A stretch of 64,000 nucleotides of DNA from Candidatus Kapaibacterium sp. (GTDB lineage: Bacteria > Patescibacteriota > Patescibacteriia > UBA9934). Location of the stretch: NCBI GenBank assembly GCA_044350705.1, contig JBILHA010000001.1, positions 426,676 to 490,675 of the forward strand, read 5' to 3'. A program made the translations under genes and the position numbers. The notes under the pieces are model-generated. The model was not told the origin of the DNA and did no database searches. It saw only the letters and a list, made by a program, of their open reading frames with translations. Shown in pieces: positions 47,646-57,571 of the stretch. Positions within the stretch are counted from its first letter, which is position 1; each line of letters starts with the position of its first letter.

Positions 47646-49475
47646 ATGTGTGGAATTATTGGGTTCGTCGGAAATGAAGACTGCGTCTCCTATCTTTTGG
47701 ACGGCCTCTCCATTCTCGAAAATCGTGGTTATGATTCCGCGGGCGTTGCAACGCTCGGAGCAAATGGCACCATGACCGTTTCAAAGTTCGCTAGTAAGAG
47801 CGCGAGCTCTGCCGATGCAATTGCGCGCCTGCGAAAAGAAGCCGCACGCCATGTTGGCCATGGCCTCGGCATCGGTCATACGCGTTGGGCAACCCACGGC
47901 GGAAAAACTGATGCAAATGCGCATCCGCATATGGATCAGAAAAAGCGGGTAAGCGTGGTGCATAACGGCGTGATCGAAAACTACGCTCCGCTGAAAAAGC
48001 AACTCATGGATAAGGGCGTATCGTTTTTGTCTGAAACCGATACCGAGGTGATCGCGCAGCTCATCGGCGTTGCACTTGATGAGGGAAGAGACCTCCAGGA
48101 TGCGGTGAAGCATGCACTTCAGCAACTCGAAGGCACGTGGGGGCTCGCCGTTCTCTCTCCGCTCCTTCCTGACGCCATCATCGTTGCAAAAAATGGAAGT
48201 CCGATCTGCATTGGACTTGGAGAACATAAAGCATTTGTCGCATCAGAACCTGCCGCATTTGGCATGGTCACGCGTGATTTCATTAGTCTTGAAAATGGCG
48301 AAATGGCCATTGTCCGTGCGGACCGCTCAGGCCTTGATCTTTCTCGCGTAGAAAAAGCGCCCGAAGATACTATCGCCACCTCCCCTGCTCCTCATCCGCA
48401 CTGGACGATTAAAGAAATTCTCGAACAACCTGAGGCCGTACATCGCACGCTCAACTATGGCGCTCGTCTTGAAGGTGAAAGCAAAGTGAAACTCGGCGGC
48501 CTTGAGCAGCGCCAGGAGGAACTCTGTACCATCAAGCATCTCGTTATTGCCGCGTGCGGCACGAGTTACCATGCGGGGCTCTATGGGGCCATGGCGATGC
48601 GCGCCATGAAAGCATTTACCACCGTCCAGGTCGTTGATGCCTCGGAAATCACCTCGCATCATTTTCCCAAAGAGGGCGCAGGGCTTCTCGTATTGTCGCA
48701 ATCCGGTGAAACGAAGGATACCCATCGTGCCGCTGTCCTCGCACAAAGCATGGGCATTCCCGTCTTTTCCGTGATCAACGCGGTCGGTTCACTCATCGCG
48801 CGTACCACAAAATGCGGCGTGTATCTCAATGCCGGTCGTGAACATGCAGTTGCTTCTACCAAAGCATTTGTCACGCAAGTGACTGCCCTTGAGATGATTG
48901 CGGTTTGGTTCGCGCAACACCGCAACGAAGAACTTTCTCGCCGTATTTCGGTTATTGAAGATCTCCGTCGTCTTTCCATGAACATACAAAAGACGCTGCA
49001 AACCCGAAGTGCATGCGAGGAGATCGCTCGGAATCTTCAAGGCGCTGATCATGCATTTATCCTCGGAAAAGGCCCGGGAGAGAGTATCGCTCGCGAAGGT
49101 GCGCTGAAAATCAAAGAGATTACCTATCTCCATGCCGAAGGCTATCCCGGTGGCGCGCTTAAACATGGACCCTTTGCGCTCATTACTGAAGGCACCCCCG
49201 TTATTCTCATTATTCTTGACGACGCGCATGCGCATCTTATGCGTACCGCTGCCGAAGAAGTTCGCGCACGAGGGGCCCATACCGTCGTGATTACCAACAA
49301 TATGAAACTCGCCGAAGGCGTTGCGGATGATGTCGTATGTATTCCTCGCGACGGTTCCCTCACCGCGCTTCTTGCGACCATTCCGCTTCAAATGATTGCG
49401 TACGAGCTTGCGGTGATCAAAGGCCTTCATCCGGATAAACCCCGTAATCTTGCAAAAGCAGTTACCGTTGATTAG
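47646..49475 (+). CDS. glmS: Glutamine--fructose-6-phosphate transaminase
   Basis: MCGIIG, RGYDSAG, GHTRWATHG, SQSGET, VASTKAF, PRNLAKAVTV. Confidence 0.97.
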   Translation: MCGIIGFVGNEDCVSYLLDGLSILENRGYDSAGVATLGANGTMTVSKFASKSASSADAIARLRKEAARHVGHGLGIGHTRWATHGGKTDANAHPHMDQKKRVSVVHNGVIENYAPLKKQLMDKGVSFLSETDTEVIAQLIGVALDEGRDLQDAVKHALQQLEGTWGLAVLSPLLPDAIIVAKNGSPICIGLGEHKAFVASEPAAFGMVTRDFISLENGEMAIVRADRSGLDLSRVEKAPEDTIATSPAPHPHWTIKEILEQPEAVHRTLNYGARLEGESKVKLGGLEQRQEELCTIKHLVIAACGTSYHAGLYGAMAMRAMKAFTTVQVVDASEITSHHFPKEGAGLLVLSQSGETKDTHRAAVLAQSMGIPVFSVINAVGSLIARTTKCGVYLNAGREHAVASTKAFVTQVTALEMIAVWFAQHRNEELSRRISVIEDLRRLSMNIQKTLQTRSACEEIARNLQGADHAFILGKGPGESIAREGALKIKEITYLHAEGYPGGALKHGPFALITEGTPVILIILDDAHAHLMRTAAEEVRARGAHTVVITNNMKLAEGVADDVVCIPRDGSLTALLATIPLQMIAYELAVIKGLHPDKPRNLAKAVTVD

Positions 49476-49556
49476 CCCTCTTCTCACTTAAGCACAACTC
49501 ATTTTTTTTCTTGTGGTAAAGTATATTTACTCCCCAATTTATTCTTCTTTTTTCTT

Positions 49557-49880
49557 ATGTTGAGTAAAAAAGATCTTCTCCTTATTGGGGAAATGCTTGA
49601 TGAGAAGCTCGAGCAAAAACTCGAGCAAAAGCTTGAAGAGAAGCTTGAGCAAAAGCTTGAGCAAAAATTTACAGAAAAGCTTAAGGATTTTCCTACAAGA
49701 AAAGAGATGTTCGCCGCAATGGATCAACAACGTCGCGACATCATGCACGATACCCAATCTCTCCTCGCCTCTTCCCTTGCCGCATCCGAAAACCGCGTCA
49801 TCCACGAAATCTGCGGATTCATCGATGACGCTCTCCTTCCCCAAATAAACGATCTCCAAAGAAAAACCGCCTTAACATAA
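49557..49880 (+). CDS. Hypothetical coiled-coil protein with KLEQ tandem repeats
   Basis: MLSKKDL..I...(KLEQ/KLEE)x5 encoded by 12-bp units near 49602-49682. Confidence 0.65.
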   Translation: MLSKKDLLLIGEMLDEKLEQKLEQKLEEKLEQKLEQKFTEKLKDFPTRKEMFAAMDQQRRDIMHDTQSLLASSLAASENRVIHEICGFIDDALLPQINDLQRKTALT

Positions 49881-49890
49881 GGCGGTTTTT

Positions 49891-51189
49891 CTATTTCTTT
49901 ATCCAATTCGTTTCTTGCCGCACAAGCATCTCACTTGCCTTCAGCGGTTCGGCCATAATGTCTTTTACCGCCTTTTCCATGCGCATACTTTGCGAACCCT
50001 TGATGAGTACGATATCTCCTCCTTGCACATGATGATCGAGGTAACGCCCTGCTTCTGTACTGTCTTTAAACCACTCAACACAATGACGGTCCATTCCTGC
50101 AGCAATCGCTTCATCCGCCGCAATGCGCATATTTGGTCCGACTGCTAAAAAGAGATCAGCAACTTCCGCTACGCGTCGTCCCATTTTACGGTGTTCTTGT
50201 TCGGTCATGGTTCCCAGCTCTGCCATATCTCCCAATACCGCAATATGACGGTCTTGTGTTTCTCCGGGGATAAATGCACTGAGCACATCAAGGGCCGCGA
50301 GCGTTGAGGCAGGAGCAGCATTGTAGGAATCATCGATGATGAGCGATCCGCGAATTCCTGAAATCGGATTGAGACGGCCCACGACGGGTTTTGTTTGTTT
50401 TTCTAGCGCGCGTACCGCAGTTTCAAGCGGAATATCGTAAAACCGTGCTACCGCACACGCTGCAAGCATCGAGGAAAGCACCGTTTCCGAGATACAGTTT
50501 ACCAGCGTGAGCGACACCTGCTCTCCCTGGGCAGTGATGGTTGCAGTGAGTCGTGAAAATTCTTCGCCTGGCATGAATTTTCCATCGCCATCTTTCTTGG
50601 TAAAGAATGCGACATCTTTTGCCATGATATCCGCTTCGTGGTGAATACCGTACGTCACCACGCGCGCACGGTAGCGATCCTTCATCGCACGCGTGTGCTC
50701 ATTGTCCATATTGAGCACCACAAGCCCTGTATCATCAACCTGATCACCCAGGGATGCTTTTTCTTCGATCAGCGCCTCATAGTTTGGATAATTTTCTACA
50801 TGCACAGGAGATACCGCGGTAATCACCGCCACCTCCGGTTTTGCAATCGTTCCTAAGTAGGCAATGTCTTTGGGCTTATCTGCACCGTATTCCAATACTA
50901 AATACTCGGGCATTTCTTCTTTCCCCATGTTTCGCACCAGCAGCTTTGCCCACTCCCATGCATTCCTTCCGGGGCTCGACTCTCCCAAAATCGCCAACGG
51001 AACACCGATCTCATTGTTATAATTTTTTGTTGCCGCTCTTACCCGGTATCGCGCAGAAAGCGCCTGAGCAATCGCGGTGCGCGTGGACGTTTTTCCTACG
51101 GAGCCGGTTACCGCAACGATGTGCGGGGCATGCGTTGCAATTTGCTTACGCGCTACCCGCGCTAAGAGGGTGTGGAAGAAAGAAGACAT
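49891..51189 (-). CDS. murF: UDP-MurNAc-tripeptide--D-Ala-D-Ala ligase (N-domain-less form)
   Basis: VTGSVGKTST, NYNNEIGVPL, IDDSYNA, VLGDMAELG, IKGSQSMRME. Confidence 0.9.
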   Translation of the reverse strand: MSSFFHTLLARVARKQIATHAPHIVAVTGSVGKTSTRTAIAQALSARYRVRAATKNYNNEIGVPLAILGESSPGRNAWEWAKLLVRNMGKEEMPEYLVLEYGADKPKDIAYLGTIAKPEVAVITAVSPVHVENYPNYEALIEEKASLGDQVDDTGLVVLNMDNEHTRAMKDRYRARVVTYGIHHEADIMAKDVAFFTKKDGDGKFMPGEEFSRLTATITAQGEQVSLTLVNCISETVLSSMLAACAVARFYDIPLETAVRALEKQTKPVVGRLNPISGIRGSLIIDDSYNAAPASTLAALDVLSAFIPGETQDRHIAVLGDMAELGTMTEQEHRKMGRRVAEVADLFLAVGPNMRIAADEAIAAGMDRHCVEWFKDSTEAGRYLDHHVQGGDIVLIKGSQSMRMEKAVKDIMAEPLKASEMLVRQETNWIKK

Positions 51190-51195
51190 AGTTGG

Positions 51196-51930
51196 CTATA
51201 GGATACCATCTGCTCCCTCATCTTTCTGAGTATATCCGAAACCGTAGTGGAACTTATGGTGACGAATAGGTCCAAGGAAAAGGAGGTGTAATTCGGCGAG
51301 AATATACGTACACGCCATACGCATACGTCCGTCCCGCTCTTGTCGGCGCGTGGTTACCGCAATACGTACCGTATCCAAAAAACCAAATCTCCCCTGCTTT
51401 GCTGCTCGGCCAACATACTCATGATCTTCGCAAAACGTTACCGTCTCATCAAAACCCCCTATTTTTTCATGCAGTTTTTTTCGTACAAAAATACAAAACC
51501 CTGGTGCATGAGGACGTATACTCCCCCATAAACGCGCGTAAGCGTTGTAAAATGCATGCCCCGCCTTGTCATACCACGCGCCGTTTTCCAACCAAACATC
51601 TGCGGTTGCAACATCAAAATTTCTTTCTTCGCATTCCCGCATCGCACGTTCAAGAAAATCCCGCGTCGGTAAACGTACATCTGCATCAAGAAAAAGGATC
51701 ATCTCACTGGTTGCCGCACGAGCGCCAGCATTTCTCCCCGGACCAGGCAGTCCACCGTCTACAATGCGTGCTCCAAATGCAGTCGCGATTTCTCTTGTCT
51801 TATCGGTACTCTTTGCATCCGCCAAGATCATTTCATCTGCGGGACGAGTCTGTTCCTGTAAAGAAGTGAGCAGCGTTGAGAGCAGTGCTTCTTCATTTTT
51901 TGCGGGAATTACCACCGTGAGCGTCGGCAT
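51196..51930 (-). CDS. Glycosyltransferase family 2
   Basis: VVIPAKNEE, DAKSTDKT, GRNAGA, FLDAD, GGFDE..CED. Confidence 0.9.
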   Translation of the reverse strand: MPTLTVVIPAKNEEALLSTLLTSLQEQTRPADEMILADAKSTDKTREIATAFGARIVDGGLPGPGRNAGARAATSEMILFLDADVRLPTRDFLERAMRECEERNFDVATADVWLENGAWYDKAGHAFYNAYARLWGSIRPHAPGFCIFVRKKLHEKIGGFDETVTFCEDHEYVGRAAKQGRFGFLDTVRIAVTTRRQERDGRMRMACTYILAELHLLFLGPIRHHKFHYGFGYTQKDEGADGIL

Positions 51931-51939
51931 AGGGCGTGT

Positions 51940-52695
51940 TTAAAATTTTTGCCACTCTTTCATTTTTTCTTTCATTTTCCTTATCACCTTTTCATCGTAA
52001 TCAAATCGATAATTAAATCGATCATGGTAAATGGGTCCCAAGAAGAGCAGGTGCATCTCTGCAAGGACGTATTTCATAGCAAGCCCCATTCTTCCCTCCT
52101 GATCAAAGCGACGGGTATTCAATCCTATTTTTACCGAATTGAGGAAACCGAATTTTCCCTCCTTTGCCGCACGCATAGAGTACTCTCGGTCTTCGCTGAG
52201 TTTTGCCTGTTCATCAAATCCGCCAATACGCTCATGCAATACTCTCCTTACGAGCATGCAACATCCGTGGCCGTGTGGCCAGACCTCTCCCCACATCCGT
52301 ACGTAGAAATTGGAAAAATCGTGACAAACTTTGTCATACATTTTTCCATCTGTGACGTAAAGATTTGCACTCGCAATATCCAGTTCACGCTCCTCAAACT
52401 CTTGCACGGCTTTTTTGATAAAATCCCTCTCTTGAAGCGTGACATCTGCATCCAGAAAAAGGATGAGTTCGCTTTTTGCGACTGCGGCTCCACGATTTCT
52501 CCCTACTCCCGGCATGCCGCCATCGACGACCCGAGCCCCAAAACGCCTCGCAATCTCGCGCGTCTTGTCGGTACTCTTTGCATCTGCCACAATAATCTCC
52601 TCCGACTGCAGCGTTTGCTTGCTGAGCGCAGTGAGGAGGAGCGGAAGCGTATGCTCTTCGTTCTTCGCAGGGATAACTACCGTAACCTTCGGCAT
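51940..52695 (-). CDS. Glycosyltransferase family 2 (tandem paralogue)
   Basis: Same motifs; start MPKVTVVIPAKNEE. Confidence 0.9.
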   Translation of the reverse strand: MPKVTVVIPAKNEEHTLPLLLTALSKQTLQSEEIIVADAKSTDKTREIARRFGARVVDGGMPGVGRNRGAAVAKSELILFLDADVTLQERDFIKKAVQEFEERELDIASANLYVTDGKMYDKVCHDFSNFYVRMWGEVWPHGHGCCMLVRRVLHERIGGFDEQAKLSEDREYSMRAAKEGKFGFLNSVKIGLNTRRFDQEGRMGLAMKYVLAEMHLLFLGPIYHDRFNYRFDYDEKVIRKMKEKMKEWQKF

Positions 52696-52716
52696 ATAAC
52701 CGTGATAATAGCAGAT

Positions 52717-53163
52717 ATGTTGGTCATCGCCCATAATATTCGAAGTTTGCATAACGTTGGCGCAATTTTTCGCAGTGCTGCCGCTTTTGGCGTAGAAAAG
52801 CTCTTTCTTACCGGCTACTCCCCCACCCCTCCTCGGAAAGAGATTGCCAAGGTCGCCCTGGGCGCTGAACGCCTCATCCCTTGGGAGCAGGGGGATATCC
52901 TTCCCGTTATTGAGCAGTGTAAAAAAGCAGGCTACACTGTGCTCGCCCTTGAACAGACGCCAGGGGCAAAGTTTCTCTCAGCAGTTTCGGGAGAAAAAAT
53001 TGCGCTCATCCTCGGAAATGAGGTCACCGGCATTGAACCTGAAGTTCTGGCCGTATGTGATGGCAGCGTGGTTATTCCGATGCACGCAAAACGATCGTTA
53101 AATGTGTCCGTCGCAGCGGGAGTCGCCATGTATGCATTGCGCATGCCGAAAATGGACCAATAG
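52717..53163 (+). CDS. TrmH/SpoU-family SPOUT RNA methyltransferase
   Basis: HNIRSLHNVGAIFRSA, ALGAE, LGNEVTG, SLNVSVAAG; the upstream part of ORF 51949 is an antisense artefact. Confidence 0.9.
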   Translation: MLVIAHNIRSLHNVGAIFRSAAAFGVEKLFLTGYSPTPPRKEIAKVALGAERLIPWEQGDILPVIEQCKKAGYTVLALEQTPGAKFLSAVSGEKIALILGNEVTGIEPEVLAVCDGSVVIPMHAKRSLNVSVAAGVAMYALRMPKMDQ

Positions 53164-53182
53164 ACGACGCCTGACATGTTAT

Positions 53183-53257
53183 GTTCCTATAGTTCAATGG
53201 ATAGAACGCTGGCCTCCGAAGCCGGAAATTGAAGTTCGAATCTTCATAGGAACACCA
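53183..53257 (+). tRNA. tRNA-Arg (anticodon CCG)
   Basis: GTTCCTATAGTTCAATGGATAGAACGCTGGCCTCCGAAGCCGG...GTTCGAATC..ATAGGAACACCA. Confidence 0.95.
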
Positions 53258-53277
53258 CTTTCAAACCCATCTTCACT

Positions 53278-54423
53278 ATGCTCAACTCACCTTGCCCCAA
53301 TCCTGATGTCTGCGGAAGCTGCGGATGGAGCCATATTCCGTACGAAAAACAGCTCAAACAAAAACTTTCTGATATTGAAGGCTCTTTTGCTTTGAAAGAA
53401 CTCCCCTATAAAGTTTCTGAAATTCTTCCCTCCCCAAAAATCGAACACTATCGCAATCGCATGGACTTTGTCATTGATTGGCAGGGCAATGTAGGACTTC
53501 GTGAAAAAGGAAAATGGTGGAAGGTGATTGATAACCATCCGTGTTTTTTAGCAGATGAAAAAATAGAAGCACTCTTTGCACGATGTCGAGACTGGGCAAA
53601 AACGTGCGGACTCTCTTTTTATGACCGTAAAGCCAATATCGGACTTTTACGCTATGCCGTGATTCGCTCAACGACCATTGGACAGACGATGGTTACGATC
53701 GTCACGAGCGCACCGTCGGATGAGACTGAGAAGAAAACGATTCTTGAGGCACTCCAAAAACTTGTAGATTCTTCCCCTACCACCCTCATCTGGGCAATCA
53801 ATCACACGGTGACCGATGTTTCTCATGGCGGAGAAAATATTGTTCTCCATGGTCCTGGATACATCGAAGAAGAAATCTCCGGCACGCGCTATCGCATTTC
53901 TCCCAATGCGTTCTTTCAAACAAATCCGCACGCCGCACCTCTTCTCCTCAAAACCGTCGCGGATTTCCTAGGAGACCTTACGGGCAAAACATTTCTTGAC
54001 CTGTACTGCGGAACGGGATTCTTTTCCCTCGCACTCGCAGGAAAAGCAAAGAGCACCATCGGCATTGAACTTGTTGAAGACGCTATCAAGGACGCGCAGG
54101 CAAATGCCGAACTCAATGGAATCTCCGATACCGTGGAATACATTGCCCAGCCTACCGAGCAGGTAAACTGGCTTTCCTATAACGCCGATGTCGTCCTTCT
54201 CGATCCACCTCGCGCAGGACTTCATCCTTCTACGCTTGAAGAGCTTACGCGAGAGAACCGACCCAAACACGTGGTCTACGTTTCCTGCAACTATAAAAAT
54301 CTTGCACGAGAGCTGGTGACGCTAAAAGATTTCTACGACGTCCTTGAAATCAAAGCTGTCGACATGTTCCCCCACACGCCACACGTTGAAGTGATTGCGA
54401 ATCTTGTAAAAAAGCAGCAATAA
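53278..54423 (+). CDS. rlmD: 23S rRNA m5U methyltransferase RlmD/TrmA family (no TRAM domain)
   Basis: C.....CGSC, YRNRM, AFFQTN, DLYCGTG, LDPPRAG, YVSCN, DMFPHTPHVE. Confidence 0.88.
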   Translation: MLNSPCPNPDVCGSCGWSHIPYEKQLKQKLSDIEGSFALKELPYKVSEILPSPKIEHYRNRMDFVIDWQGNVGLREKGKWWKVIDNHPCFLADEKIEALFARCRDWAKTCGLSFYDRKANIGLLRYAVIRSTTIGQTMVTIVTSAPSDETEKKTILEALQKLVDSSPTTLIWAINHTVTDVSHGGENIVLHGPGYIEEEISGTRYRISPNAFFQTNPHAAPLLLKTVADFLGDLTGKTFLDLYCGTGFFSLALAGKAKSTIGIELVEDAIKDAQANAELNGISDTVEYIAQPTEQVNWLSYNADVVLLDPPRAGLHPSTLEELTRENRPKHVVYVSCNYKNLARELVTLKDFYDVLEIKAVDMFPHTPHVEVIANLVKKQQ

Positions 54424-54452
54424 AAAATCCCCTCAGGACTGAGGGGATTTTT
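54423..54452. terminator. Bidirectional terminator
   Basis: AAAAATCCCCTCAG-GA-CTGAGGGGATTTTT between convergent genes. Confidence 0.8.
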
Positions 54453-54453
54453 C

Positions 54454-55260
54454 TTATGCAGTTATTTTTCGCGTTGCGAGCATTTTTCTGTACATGAGCG
54501 CAGAAGCAATCATGTTAAACGCTCCGAGCGCGATACTCACCACAATCGCCCATACTGCCGCGACGATACCGATCAGACCCGTGATGAGCAATCCGTATTC
54601 CATCTGCATAACCACCGGAACGAAGGCTACCGCTAAAGGGATGATCACGAGCGCCATTCCTACGAGTGCGACGATGAGGCCGAACAGGAAAATATTCCAC
54701 CGGTTCCCTTTCGTCATTCTCCAGCTTTGCTTGAGTGCATCAATTGCTCCTGTGTTTTTCTCAACGATCGGATAGGTGTACATGGAAAATGCAACGCCGA
54801 GGATGATTCCCGGCACGATCAGCAGCACGAACCCTCCTAATATGGCGAGCACGTAAAGCATGGTCGCTCCGAGCAACATGAGCAGCATTCTTCCGTCAAA
54901 GAAAAAATATTGCTTAAAGGGCACGGTCTTATCTTCAGACGCATGCAATGCATACCGCGTAATAACGATCGCGAAATACATCTGGATCACCGTACTTACT
55001 ATTCCCAAAAGAACTACCGCAATTTCCGACCCTAGACTCTGCTCAAACGCATTCATGGAGTCGCGCAACTCGAATGCACCATTTATTTCAATGATGGTTC
55101 GCGCCACTTCAAATGGCGCGATTGCGAGGAGCCCTACAAGACCGATCAGAACATAGTTCGGCCAGTGCTTTTTTGTCAGCACAAGCGCACGATCCTTAAT
55201 TTCTTTTAAGGTAAATGAGGGTTGAAGCGGTTGCTGAGCCGCGGAAAGGGGTTCATTCAT
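54454..55260 (-). CDS. Integral membrane protein (YciC/DUF975-like)
   Basis: GFVLLIVPGII..., AIDALKQSWRMTKGNRW, multiple TMs. Confidence 0.75.
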   Translation of the reverse strand: MNEPLSAAQQPLQPSFTLKEIKDRALVLTKKHWPNYVLIGLVGLLAIAPFEVARTIIEINGAFELRDSMNAFEQSLGSEIAVVLLGIVSTVIQMYFAIVITRYALHASEDKTVPFKQYFFFDGRMLLMLLGATMLYVLAILGGFVLLIVPGIILGVAFSMYTYPIVEKNTGAIDALKQSWRMTKGNRWNIFLFGLIVALVGMALVIIPLAVAFVPVVMQMEYGLLITGLIGIVAAVWAIVVSIALGAFNMIASALMYRKMLATRKITA

Positions 55261-55334
55261 AGAAAAGTTTTATCTACCATGCGCGATTTTTGAGAAAGCT
55301 GTCAAGCGAGAGAACGAAATTCCCCCTTCCCTGA

Positions 55335-55544
55335 TTATCGAGCATCTCCCGCCACCGCAGCTTCACTTTCTCGCATTTTTGCTTCGAGATCCGCGATACG
55401 GCCACGCATCATGCTGTTTTCATTATTGAGCATGGTTATCACGAGCAGCGCTACACCGAGCGCAAGCATCGTAAGTACCCATTTTCTCCATGACTCTTGT
55501 GTCTCCTGCGCACGTACCGGTGCGCGTCCTCCGTTTTTTTTCAT
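55335..55544 (-). CDS. Small single-TM coiled-coil protein
   Basis: TGCTATACT -10 before MKKNGG; TM followed by coiled coil. Confidence 0.5.
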   Translation of the reverse strand: MKKNGGRAPVRAQETQESWRKWVLTMLALGVALLVITMLNNENSMMRGRIADLEAKMRESEAAVAGDAR

Positions 55545-55564
55545 ATACAAAAGTATAGCACGCA

Positions 55565-56359
55565 CTAGACCCCAAACCTTCGTTGCCGTGATTGGTACGA
55601 ACGAAGCGCTCGCAGAAAATCGATCTTTCGAAACACGGGCCAGTGCACATCTACAAAATAGTACTCGCTGTACGCCGCTTGCCAGAGCAAAAATCCTGAA
55701 AGGCGCACTTCTCCTGACGTACGAATAATAAAATCGGGATCGGGAACGTCCGAAGAGTACAGGAAACGCGATACATCAGCTTCAGAGAATTGCTCGCGCG
55801 CTTCACGAAGCGCCGATCCCTTTTCCTCTTTCTCTCTTAAATACTTCTTTACGGCATCAACAATTTCCTCCCGTCCTCCATAGGCGAGCGCTACTTGCAA
55901 AAGCATTCCGGTACGATGAGCGGTGTTTTCTTCCAACTCTTTCCATGCCTCTTGTACTTCGCTACTTAAGAGATCTCTTCGTCCGATGACTTTAATACGA
56001 ATACCATGCTTTTCCATGTCACGATCTTTTGTCATCGCCTTTGCCTGGTCCACGAAGAGCTTCATGAGATCAGAAACTTCGTCTGTACTGCGTGAGAAAT
56101 TTTGCGTGCTAAATACCCAGATCGTCACAACAGGGATAGCGAGCGATCGACACCAACGGATGAGCGCTTTAACCGTTTCTGCGCCATGGCGGTGCCCTTC
56201 ACCGGGGTGAAGACCGAGTTCTTTTGCATACCGACGGTTTCCGTCGAGGATAACTCCAAGATGTTTTGGAAATACGCCATCTTTCCGTATTTCTCGTTCA
56301 ACCATCTGCTCGTACACCTCATAGAGGGGTCGCAATGCCCGTGAAACGATTTTCAACAT
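55565..56359 (-). CDS. uppS: Polyprenyl (undecaprenyl) diphosphate synthase
   Basis: HLGVILDGNRRYA, FSTQNF.R, YGGREEI, DFIIRTSGEVRLSGFL.WQ..YSE, RRFG. Confidence 0.93.
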   Translation of the reverse strand: MLKIVSRALRPLYEVYEQMVEREIRKDGVFPKHLGVILDGNRRYAKELGLHPGEGHRHGAETVKALIRWCRSLAIPVVTIWVFSTQNFSRSTDEVSDLMKLFVDQAKAMTKDRDMEKHGIRIKVIGRRDLLSSEVQEAWKELEENTAHRTGMLLQVALAYGGREEIVDAVKKYLREKEEKGSALREAREQFSEADVSRFLYSSDVPDPDFIIRTSGEVRLSGFLLWQAAYSEYYFVDVHWPVFRKIDFLRALRSYQSRQRRFGV

Positions 56360-56487
56360 ATCAAAAAACATGCCATATTTGGCGAATATTTGCAACGAAT
56401 GGTTGCTTTTCTTCTCTTTTTTTGCTACTCTTTTCATGAAGAATCTTGGTGTTTCCGGCTATTGAGCCGGGAACGACTACCTCTCTT

Positions 56488-57345
56488 ATGAAATCAGGTT
56501 TTGTGGCCATTATTGGCCGTTCAAACGTGGGAAAGTCCACGCTTCTCAATACCCTTGTGGGCACCAAGGTGGCTATTACCACCCCCAAGCCTCAAACTAC
56601 TCGCCGCCCTATTCAGGGTGTTATTACTCGCCCAGAGGGACAAATTGTCTTCGTAGACACGCCGGGTGTCATGCAAAAAGCCAAGGATGCGCTCACGAAA
56701 AAGCTGCTCGACTTTGCGAAAGACTCTCTCCGCGATATTGACGCGGTCATGTACGTGGTCGACCCTACGCGCTCCATTGGCGACGAGGAAAAACAAGCCT
56801 TTAAATTACTTGAACATGTTTCCGTTCCGAAAATTCTCGTCATTAATAAAATTGATGACCGGACTTCTCGCAACTATATCGATTATTATCGCGATCTTGC
56901 AAAAGAATTCAACGCATACGCGGAAGTTTCTGCATTGACCGGGAAAGACGTTGATACCCTCGTCCGCTGGCTTTTTGAGCAGATGCCTGAAACCGATGAA
57001 CTCCCTTATCCCGAATTCCAGTTTACGAACTTGAGCAATACCGACTGGATGTCCGAGCTCATTCGTGAAAAACTTTTCCTTCGCCTCGATAAAGAGGTTC
57101 CTTATTCTACGCACGTTGAAGTTGATGAAATTGCTGAGCGGGAAAATGGATCGGTGTACGTACATGGTATCGTGTATACCAATGCGGAACGCTATAAACC
57201 CATGATCATCGGGAAAGGCGCACGAGGCATTAAAGAGATCAGTCAGTCTGTACGCAATGAACTTGAAGGAGTTACCGGAAAGAAATATTACATTGAACTT
57301 GAAGTAGCGGTTGATCCGCGTTGGATGGGAAAATATGAAATCTAA
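56488..57345 (+). CDS. era: GTPase Era
   Basis: KSGFVAIIGRSNVGKSTL, KPQTTR, DTPG, NKID, EVPY, KH domain IIGKG. Confidence 0.96.
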   Translation: MKSGFVAIIGRSNVGKSTLLNTLVGTKVAITTPKPQTTRRPIQGVITRPEGQIVFVDTPGVMQKAKDALTKKLLDFAKDSLRDIDAVMYVVDPTRSIGDEEKQAFKLLEHVSVPKILVINKIDDRTSRNYIDYYRDLAKEFNAYAEVSALTGKDVDTLVRWLFEQMPETDELPYPEFQFTNLSNTDWMSELIREKLFLRLDKEVPYSTHVEVDEIAERENGSVYVHGIVYTNAERYKPMIIGKGARGIKEISQSVRNELEGVTGKKYYIELEVAVDPRWMGKYEI

Positions 57346-57553
57346 GTCTTTCGAAGATGTACTTCGAGAACACCTCCTCAAAAAGCCCGAGACTGAGGAA
57401 ACAAGCACTCCCCAGCAGAATAATGTAAATATCGTCGATGCACTTCAGCCTCTCGCAGCAGCAGGTGCGGAAAATGACGCTGCGCGATCGGTTTTCCAAG
57501 GAGAAGGGGAAGAAGATGATGATACGAACAATGCTGCTCGTGCGGCAAAATAA
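57335..57553 (+). CDS. Small acidic hypothetical protein
   Basis: Overlaps the era stop; followed by hairpin AAAACACCCA..TGGGTGTTTT. Confidence 0.5.
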   Translation: MKSKSFEDVLREHLLKKPETEETSTPQQNNVNIVDALQPLAAAGAENDAARSVFQGEGEEDDDTNNAARAAK

Positions 57554-57571
57554 AACACCCAAGTGGGTGTT

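Noticed and set aside
51949-52716. 404-aa ORF as an N-terminally extended methyltransferase
   Set aside because: The extension is the antisense of the GT2 gene; the SPOUT domain starts at ATG 52717
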